Of a stretch of 64,000 nt of DNA, positions 54,236 through 64,000 are shown piece after piece. A model generated the notes under the pieces. That model was not told the origin of the DNA. It made no database searches and was given only the letters and a program-made list of their open reading frames with translations. Source of the stretch: Octopus vulgaris (lineage: Eukaryota); the NCBI GenBank assembly GCA_951406725.2, contig OX597818.1, positions 126,542,001-126,606,000 on the forward strand, read 5' to 3'. The stretch's first letter is position 1; each line of letters begins with the position of its first letter. Both the position numbers and the translations under genes were made by a program.

Positions 54236-54609
54236 TCCAGTCGGAGATTCTAATGGTGGTTACTTTTAATAGGATTCCATGGAAGAAGTGCCTGAAAACT
54301 CTACCCCAAATACTCTACCCCTGAAACAGTGAGCAGAACAGATGAATGGATAGATGGGTGAATGGAGACTGATTTTCGAAGTAAATTGCTTCTTATGGTA
54401 GTTAATCTAAACATTCTGAAACTCAAGATTCGTATATCATACGGTCACAAAATCGGTAGACTGCCAGACTAAAAACCCTTGCTGTAACTAGCTACGTTGA
54501 AATCGATAAAAGGAGTATCATATCGATTAAATCGATACCACTTTTCGCCCGATTCAGTTCGCTACAACCCTCAAACTCATCATTATTCTAATAATTGTTT
54601 TTAGCATAC

Positions 54610-55110
54610 GTAAAAGGCCTGAAATTTGGTGCAAGTGGTTATTCGATGAAAACAGATTCCAGTAAATGGACGATTTCTTTTTTTTTTTTTTATCTCGAAA
54701 AGATGAAAAGCTAAGTTGACTCCAGCAGAATTTGAATTCAGAATGTTAACAACCGGAAAAATTACTGCAATGCATTTTGTCCGATATTCTAATGAATCTG
54801 CCAACCCACCACCTTTATATATATGTTTATAGTTAAAATGGTGTATTTTCAAAAGTAGCTACAACAATTTTCTAAACAAAAATGAAAAAAAATGAAAGGG
54901 TATATTATGTTTACCTTCTTTCTACTATACGCACAAACCCTGAAACTTTTGGGGAGGGGATTAGTCGTTTACATCGACTCAAGTACTTATTTTAACAACC
55001 CTGAAAAGCAAACTCGACCTCGGTGAAATTTAAACTCAGAAGGTAAATCCGGAAGGAATACAGTTAAGCATTTTGTCCTGTGAGATAACAATTTTGCCAG
55101 ATCGCTACCT
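54610..55110 (-). mobile_element. Two diverged SINE family B copies
   Basis: aagttgactccagcagaatttgaattcagaa and aaactcgacctcggtgaaatttaaactcagaa. Confidence 0.7.
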
Positions 55111-55479
55111 TACAGTGCGTACAGTATTGAATCTACTTACTTGTGTTTCTTCTGTATTTATGTATCGATATCGGAATATCGAGGATGTGACAGCCGAAGG
55201 AAGGGAGAGAAACTCAAAATTCTCAGCTGAAGGGAGGGAGGAACTCGCGGCTAAGCAACAATAACAATAATCGCGAGAACAAGCAAGGAAGTTTGTATGT
55301 GGATCCTCGACATGATAATTACATCGGAATGCTTCAATCATAGATAAGTGTGCTCAAAAGGTTCACACCTATGACTAAATAGAAGCAAAATAAAAAAATT
55401 TTAATCTGTAAAAGAATTGATAAAATTTGTTATGCTTTGCTTTTTTATTTAGTTCAGTCTTTGAATTGCGATTTGAAGT

Positions 55480-55845
55480 GTTTTAGCGAAACGGATCGAT
55501 CCCAGTACTTAATTTTGAAGCTTGGTACGTCCCCGTAACTTAGCGGTTCGGCAAAAGAGGCCGGTAGAATACGTACTAGGCTTACAAAGAATAAATCTTG
55601 GGAAGGGCTACATACATACATACATACATACATACATACATACATACATACATACATACATACATACATACATGCATACATACATACATACATGACGAGC
55701 TGACTTCAGTTTCAGTCTACCAAATCTACTCACAAGGTCTGGCGCTACAGTAGAAACACATGCCCAAAGTTCCACGCAGTGGAACTGAACTCAGAACCAC
55801 ATGGCCTGGAAGCAAAATTCGTAACACATAACCATGCTTGCACCT
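55480..55845 (-). mobile_element. SINE family A with an internally inverted segment
   Basis: Minus-strand head at 55694-55845 and tail at 55480-55525 flank a plus-oriented body (55527-55605) and (TACA)n. Confidence 0.65.
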
Positions 55846-56258
55846 ATGAAAAATAATTGCTGCCACCCTCTGAATGTCGATAATTCTATTTTGGGATTGA
55901 GTATCGCTCTCAATAAGGCGATCAGCATTATTATTTCATATATATACACGAAGTTACAAAAGCCCAACGCAATATCACTGTCAAAATATATCTTATTTAT
56001 GATTGTGTTGTTGTTTTCCTGCAATTTCCTTTTTACACTTCAGACTAGTGTGACCCGAAGCATTTTACCATATTACAATGAAAGACAGGACACCTGCTGA
56101 TCATAAATAAATTAACAATATGTAAATAATATAGATAAATATATATAAAGGGGCAAAGAATGTGTCTCACTTGTTTCCGTATAACTTGGCTTCTGCGGGC
56201 ACCTGGATGCAAACTAAATGTCGCATCACCAACTTGATATTGCTCCACCACCATCACA

Positions 56259-56375
<117 letters not shown>

Positions 56376-56799
56376 GCTGCTACTACTACTACTGCTGCTA
56401 CTACTACTACTACTACTGCTGCTGATGCTGATGCTGTCGCTGCTCTGTGCTGCTACCAATGTAGCTACTACTACCATGACGGCGACGACGATCACCAGCG
56501 TCACACAACATTGACGGCGACGCGACGACCATGAAGACGGCGACTACGGCGACGAGACGAAAATAAAGACGCAGCGACCACGGCGACGAGGACGATAATG
56601 ACGGCAACGAAGATCAAGTAACTCCAAAGATAACAACAGAAATCCCATTACAAAAACCAATAATCATATGTAACGTACAAATACATCTCTTTAGCTCCCT
56701 CTTCATCGCCAGCACCAGTAAAAAGACAGAAATCCACACTTTCCCGGGACACATAGAAGTGATGATTGATAAATGATGATGATGTCTTATACAGATAGG

Positions 56800-57182
56800 C
56801 AAAGCGCAGGCTTGAAATTTTGGTGGCAGTCGTGTATATCGACCCCAATATGTGTCTGATACTTTATTTTTGTTAACTCCGGGTTGAAAAGAGGTAAATT
56901 TGATGGCGATGGGATTTGGTCTCAGGACTTAAAGCAACAGATCAAATATCGAGGAGCAGGTTGTTCAATGCTCTATAATTTCGGTCACTGGCACAGAGCC
57001 AAAAATTTGGAGAAGAAAAGTTAATTGTTTCAATAGTCTCCAGTACCTGATTAATACTTTATCGATCTCCGAAAGAATGAAAGGTGAGTTGATCGCGGTG
57101 GTTTTCGAACGCAGCATTGAGAAAGCCGGAACAAATACACAAAGCATTTTGTCGGATCCTCTAACGATTCTGCCAATCCACG
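56800..57182 (-). mobile_element. Two diverged SINE family B copies
   Basis: atcgacccc...aaaagaggtaaatttga and atcgatctccgaaagaatgaaaggtgagttga...ctaacgattctgcca. Confidence 0.65.
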
Positions 57183-57441
57183 TAACAGTTTCTAATGCAT
57201 AATACCTGTCCCATTACAAGGACAAATAGCAAAAACAATGAACTGTGTTCGAGGTGGGAGTCAGTCATCTTACTCTGGTTATCTCTATTTTGAGATCTTT
57301 TTATATGAATTCTTTTTTCTTTGAGATACATTATCATTTGTTTGGACTGATATTTCAATGAGAAAGCGAATCCTTATTTGGTGATGCTTGACGTCAATAT
57401 ACGACTGATTGCCTTTCTTCTTTTTATCTGTCTGTTTGTCT

Positions 57442-57503
<62 letters not shown>

Positions 57504-57899
57504 ACTTATTTCAAAGTATGGGTATCTTGTCATTCTCTGAGACTTTGTCTGTTGTATATCATAATGCTAGAATTAATTCCGATGTATGAATATTCTAACT
57601 CTAATATCATTGTAGATGTAATCTATCTTGGCTAAATCTGAACCACACTATGCCAGAGACCACCTGATTAATGTTCTTTTCTCCCCCTTCACTTATTACG
57701 GAGTTCCATAATGAATTTTGATTCGTAATATGCATTTGATGGTTTTTGTTAAGACGACTTTCGTTCTGTGCCCTAGCCAAATAATGGAAAATAGAATAGA
57801 AAACGGAAGAGCCCTTAGAGTCAATCAAGCAATTATACTGATTCAAAATTACTTAAACTTCAAAATGTAAAATGCTTTCTCTCGGCTGGAGTCTCTAGC

Positions 57900-58150
57900 A
57901 TACAGGCATATGCTGAAAGTAAACCCATCCACTCGTGCCACTCTCGCCACTTTCATTCATGTTTCAGAAAATTCATTATAGGGCAGCACTTCCTCATTCA
58001 TCGCCTTCTTGTCCAACCGGAATTTTTCAAGCTTGATTGAGGGATTGACCGAAGAGGAAAATGTCTATCTTTAGTACATTCAAACTTGTCCTTCTTACAG
58101 TTTCTTTAGCCATAGCCACCAGACTGAAGAAAACTGCTTGCCTTCTCGGC
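57900..58150 (-). mobile_element. Possible L1/Tx1-like LINE ORF2 3' end remnant
   Basis: QAVFFSLVAMAKETVRRT...FLFGQSL...F SET*MKVARVARVDG resembles Tx1-type ORF2 C-termini; recognised by eye only. Confidence 0.4.
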
Positions 58151-58989
58151 CAAAATAGAATTAAAAGAAGAAAAAGAAGTGCTGAGAACGATTGATATAA
58201 TCATGATTGGCTCAGCTTATAACCAAATTCTTCTAACATCTGAAAATAGTTGTACTTTAGCAATCAGCCACCACAGTGGTAGCCGATAGATGGTCAGTCG
58301 GCCTTCTAGAAAGTGTAAGCAAGTCTATCTCAAATTATTATATACACGGTCTTATGAAAGACGTTCACAGCACAACGAACGTGTTTAGGAAATAAAATAG
58401 GATTGTTACAGACAGTAAGCCTTTACCTACAGGTCTACTTATAGTATACCTATAGTTCTGTCTATAGGTCTATTCGATCAACAATAACAAAAACCACACG
58501 TACCAGAAATATTTTCTTAAACATCACTACCATTATCACCACCACCATCACCATCACCACCACCACCTCTACCATCACAACCACCTCATTTTAATGGATA
58601 CTACGATATCGCCTTCTACTGTAGCATCATAATCACCACCGCTATCCCGGTTGCTACAGCTTTATCATACAGCTTTAGCAACATACCCCCAACAACACAT
58701 CCCCAACCATGGCTACCAAAACTACCATCGCAATTTCTATTACTTTAGAGATAACAGAGACGCCATTTTGCTTGCAAAAGTTGGACCCCAGCTTTCACCT
58801 TTTTCTCCCTGCATAAACAAAAAAAAAAATGTGTTTCCTCCCAAAAATCTATAGATAATACATAGAGAAAAACAAGTTACATACAGAAAAATGACGGTGC
58901 ATCTCCATGGCCGCAGCTCTGAGTTGAAACTAGAGAGAAAAAAAAATTTCCTTTATTTCAGATTATTATATCATTTTTTCCCGTCCTCA

Positions 58990-59043
<54 letters not shown>

Positions 59044-59454
59044 TCTTCTTCTTCTTCTTCTTCTTCTTCTTCTTCTTCTTCTTCTTCTTCTTCTTCTTCT
59101 TCTCTCATTTTCTCTCCGATTAATTCAAAAGTGCTGCCACAAACAATAACAAAAATGTTGTTACCCGCTGACCGGAAAATACACACACAAATAAATATAA
59201 TACATTTATTATCATTATAATTATTGTTGTTGTTGCTGTTGTTGTTGTTGTTGTTGTTGTTGTTGTAGTTCTTGTGTTATGTCTATTTGCCTCACACATG
59301 CTGTCACCTGCAAGTAAGCTGTGTACTAACTGCATTGTCAAGAGAAGACAAAAGTTTCCTGTCACCACCTCCTCGGGGAAAGCCATACCGTTCTGAGTTG
59401 AACAGAGATGGCTTACGAAATGACGTAAAACATGACTCTAATTGCAATCTGGGT

Positions 59455-59591
59455 TCGAAATGGTGGTGGTGGTGGTGGTGGGAGTGGTTGTAGTAGTAGT
59501 AGTAGTAGCAGTGATTAGGAGGATGGTAGTGGTTTTGGCATTCGGGATAATGGTGGTGATGGTGGTGGTGGAGGGGCTGCTACTACAACTT

Positions 59592-59628
<37 letters not shown>

Positions 59629-60559
59629 AGCTGCTGCTGCTAATGATGATGATGTTGGATCTGGAAATGGTATTCATAGTCTTGATTGCACTAGTGGTGG
59701 TGGCGCTTGTATTGCTGATGCTGTTGCTGCTGCTGCTGATGATGATGATGTGGGGAGGAGGAGGAGGAAGACGAAGAAGAGGAGGAAGCGGAAGAAGACG
59801 AAGAAGAGGGGGAGGGGAGGGGGAAGAAGACGAAGAAGAGGAGGAGGGAGGGGGAAGAGAGGAGGTAGAGGAGTAGGAGGGGAGCGGAAGAGGACAAGGA
59901 GGAAGTGGAAGAAGACGAAGAAGTGGACGAAGTGGAAAAGGAAGAAGACGAAGAAGAGGAGGAGGAGGAAGGGGAAGAGAGGAGGAAGTGGAAGAAGAAG
60001 AAGAAGAAGAAGAAGAAGAAGAGGAGGATATTGGTGGCGATGTTTACGGTGAGGTTGATGTTGATTGCGGTGGTGTTGATAGAGAGGTGGTATTGCATTT
60101 GTGCTGACGATAGTAACGGTAGTAGATCGACGATGACGTCGTAACTGTTACCATATGAGGGCGATGGTAACTAGCATAGTGTCGGAGTGGTATTTACCGT
60201 ATTACTGGTGTGGTAGCGGCGACAGCTGTCGTGTAGTTGGACTCGAAAGTGAAGTGTGGTTATAGTGTTTGTGTTGTTGGTGTTTCATGTAGATGTTAGT
60301 GGTATCGTAATCGACAAAGTAGTTTGAGTAATAAAAGAATGAGATGCAAGTGTAGGGGTGGGTGGGAAAGGGTTGAAAGGAAAGTGTTCAGGTTTTGTCC
60401 AAGCCTTCACCACCATCTCCATCACCAGCCACAACGGTTGCGATCCTCACCATCACTGTCTTCTAAACCCTTGTCCAGAATTTGTAACATTGTACCTGAG
60501 TTAGAAACAACAAAAACAGCAACGCCTCCTCCTCCTCCTCCTCCTCCTCCTCCTCCTCC

Positions 60560-60591
<32 letters not shown>

Positions 60592-60970
60592 TCACGACAA
60601 CGATGACAACAACCACCACCACCTCCACAACTTCTACTACCAACGCAACATCCACCACCTCCACCACCTCCACCACTACCAGCACTACTACTATTATCAT
60701 GACGACCAACACCACCACTTCTACCACCACCATCACCACCTCAGCAATTACCACTGCCACTACCACCGTCAACGTCAAAACTACTACCAGTACAAGCACC
60801 ACTACCACTACCACTACTACTACTACTACTACTACTTGTACAACTGCTGCTGTTGCTACTACTACAACTATTATGACGACGACGACCACTACTACCACAA
60901 ACACTACCGCCACCATCCCCACCTAAGCAACTATAACAAGCACTACCACCAACACCACCATTATTACGAC

Positions 60971-61003
<33 letters not shown>

Positions 61004-61020
61004 TACTACTACTACTACTT
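59455..61020. repeat. Mosaic trinucleotide low-complexity region (GGT, CTA, GAA/GAG, CCT, ACC)
   Basis: Repeat motifs switch frequently and give homopolymeric ORFs in several frames on both strands. Confidence 0.85.
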
Positions 61021-61399
61021 TTGTCATTCATTGTTTGAAAAGTACATAAGTTTCCTTTGTAAGAGAATTACGTCCGTCTTAGAAAAAAGAACTTGCATAA
61101 AATGTCACAAGTTTTAACAAATGCTCTTTGAGAATGTCGTAATGAAATTTACAGATTCCCTTATTGCTGTTCTCTGGAATGTGCCATGTCTATCCTTATA
61201 TGTAATCTGTCAATGTCTCTACAGAAATGGTTGTATGTCACAGCAGTTCTACTAGTTGCTAATGAGATGATAGACACATTCTTTAATTACTAAATGTTTA
61301 TAATTCAGCGGTTAGGTCGATGTAAATTCTTAGCTTTTCAGCTCAGTTTTGCATAACACTAGAGACATTAGGTATTGTCATGTTGATAATTAGTTATAC

Positions 61400-61540
61400 T
61401 GTCGTTATTTTTGTCATGTAGAATGGCATTCATGTTATGTCCTCTTTGATGGCCTCCCTGTATACTAAAATCTAGTAGTATTTTCGCATTGACATTTTCT
61501 AAGACAGCTGGAGGTTCACACGAGGACAACAAAGCCTTTT
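61400..61540 (-). mobile_element. Small R4-like RLE fragment
   Basis: EPPAVLENVNAKILLDFSIQ resembles the HEP..VLEN...KILWDF.IQTD motif. Confidence 0.5.
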
Positions 61541-63100
61541 CCTTGAAATATTTGAAACTGAGTGACATGGCGTGTATAGAGCGGCTTTGCTATGTTATTG
61601 TGAGTTGTCCAGGTGTGCGTGGCAGGAACTAATGAAGGACATCGGGTACAGTGTGGTTTATTGTTTCAAAAACTACACCAGACGGCCAAAATTTGCGATG
61701 AGTGTATGTGAGTACGAGCGCGCGCGTATGTGGTGTGTGTGCGTGTGTGTGTGTGTTATATGTGATAATTATGAGATGATGACCTAAATATTGAACTTGC
61801 CCCAGCTTTTAACATAGCAGTATGATATTTGCTTTCATTTTAGACCAGGGTCAACCTTAACCCGACTATTCAGCCTTGACCAACACCTTAATATCTTTTT
61901 TCTATTCACTCTATTTTCATCATTCAATTTGTCCTTAATCTTCTATTCGTAAGGACACTAAGTAATGTGTAATTTGAAGGAGATTGCGGTGGTATGTCTA
62001 GCGGGTCGAGAGCTCACGTAGAGATACCGTTGTTAGACGTTATAATTGCTATAGGTTTTAGGATCATTGTTTCTCTTTGTAGTTGTGTTTGCTTTATGAT
62101 AACATGCAATTTGGTGTCTCTGTTGTGGTTAGTGTTGAGTTTCTTGATGTCGTTGAAATTGGTGTTGTTGATGTTGTTGTTGTTGTTGCTGTTTATATCA
62201 GGGATAAAACTATGGGAAATATTTAGCTTGTATCTCATAAAAAGGCTTTCTTTGTTTAACTCGGAAACCTTTCTCACATATATGTACGCGCTCCATATAA
62301 AACTCTCAGACAAATGTATACACACGCACACACACATACACACACACATACACACACATACACACCCACACATACATACACACACATACACACCCAAACA
62401 TACACACACACATCTATGCTTGTGTGTATAGGTATATATGTGTGCGTATAGGCAAGTGTACAGGTATGTGTGTATAGGCATGTATGTGTGTGTATATATA
62501 TATAAGTATGTATATGTATGTATATACATATGTGTGCATGTATATGTGTGTGTATGTGTGTATGTTTGCGCACGCGCGTACGTGCGCGTGTTCATACACG
62601 TATACATACGTAAATACTTAAAACAAATCTTGTAATGATTCAAACATTACGCAGAAATGCGATAATACTCTTGTATGCAGAAATGCAAAGTTACTCTCTC
62701 ACTCTCTCTCTCTCTCTCCCTCTCTCTCTTTTCCCTCTCCCTCTCTCTTTCACTTTTTCTCGCTCTCTCTTACGCACGCACACATACATATATACACACG
62801 CTGACGCACGAATGTTTTTTCTGGTCTTACAGTCAGACAAACGTTTACTGGCTCTTTACACACTCACACACTAACCCAATCACGCACACACACACACACA
62901 CACACGCACACACACACACATACACACGTGTATGTAATATATACGTGTGTATGTATATACACACACAGACATAAACATGCATGTATACCATCAAAATTTG
63001 CTTTTCCCTGTTATTTCGGATGACTTTTATTTAAATCTGCAAGTAATTATACGTGATAGGTCTAGACTCAAAGCGTTTTTGTTTTTATGCATACACACAC

Positions 63101-63177
<77 letters not shown>

Positions 63178-63709
63178 ATACAAGCAAACATACACACGGG
63201 TGCATGCACGAATATGATACACGCGTAGACAAATACAAATTACATAGCCTTTTGGAAATGAGCTGTGTCTGTCACAAATTGTCTTTGCATTTCCACAATT
63301 AGCCTTAACAATTACCAGCTGTTTGGGTAGAAGTTAGCGACAATCGTTAATTGTTAAATAACAATGAAATTGATCAGGTTGACACGTATCCTATGCTGCT
63401 GTATACACACCTAAGCCAAGTCAGTCTGATTTGCATCACAGTACTGGCGCTCACAATGTAGAGTTTTAATTAAGAGAAATTACACAAGGTCTTTTAAATA
63501 ATTCATAACCTTTCGTTACGCATATAATTTAGCGTATCATGAAAAGGAAACAAACCGGTTGCAGCACAGCTTTTTTAATTTCGAAGGAAGAAAATGACAT
63601 TAGTTTTATCAGTTTCGTATTGTATTATATCAACATCAAAGAGCGACCGGTCCACTGTTCACAGAGAGAATATTAGCTTATTACTATTTGCAGTACATCT
63701 TTTGGTCCA

Positions 63710-64000
63710 GGCATAGTTGCGTGGTTAAGAAACTCACTTTGTAACCACCAGGTTTCGGGTTCAGTGTGCTACTGCGCTGTACGTTGGGCAATTATCTTCT
63801 ACTATAACCCCGAGCCGACTAATGCCTTGAGTAAATTTCGTAGATGTAAACTGTGTGGAAGCCCGGTGTAGAAGTGTGTGTGTGCGCGCGTGTTTCTTGT
63901 ATGTATGTGTACGCGTGTTTTTGTGCTTGCATTTGTCTCCCGCCACGGCTTGACAACTTGTGCTGGTGTGTTTGCATTAGCAGTTCGACAAAAGCGACCC
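63710..64000 (+). mobile_element. SINE family A, truncated by the window end
   Basis: ggcatagttgcgtggttaag...gggttcag...ttgggcaattatcttctactata...(TG) tract...gcttgacaac. Confidence 0.75.

Noticed and set aside
59442-61117. Mucin-like Thr/Pro-rich and acidic/basic ORFs
   Set aside because: Mosaic trinucleotide repeats giving overlapping ORFs on both strands, with no complex coding sequence.

Overview
AT-rich, microsatellite-saturated animal genomic DNA, either intronic or intergenic. The repeat landscape (tRNA-derived SINEs, RTE/R4/Tx1 LINE remnants, Penelope-like elements, mariner/hAT/Harbinger/Helitron) suggests an octopod cephalopod; this is an inference. No intact host protein-coding exon was recognised. 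Most ORFs in the track are translations of (TA)n, (CA)n, (TACA)n, (GATA)n or trinucleotide repeats, and the genuine protein homologies are all decayed transposon ORFs. The most notable signal is a set of small non-coding elements next to (TA)n tracts that carry type I hammerhead ribozyme folds, several with non-canonical cores (U3-A8, C4), and that are often arranged as inverted repeats. The best case is a 456-bp spacer-less palindrome plus a 362-bp direct-repeat unit at 41.1-41.8 kb. Clade assignments come from motif recognition by eye, not from database searches.
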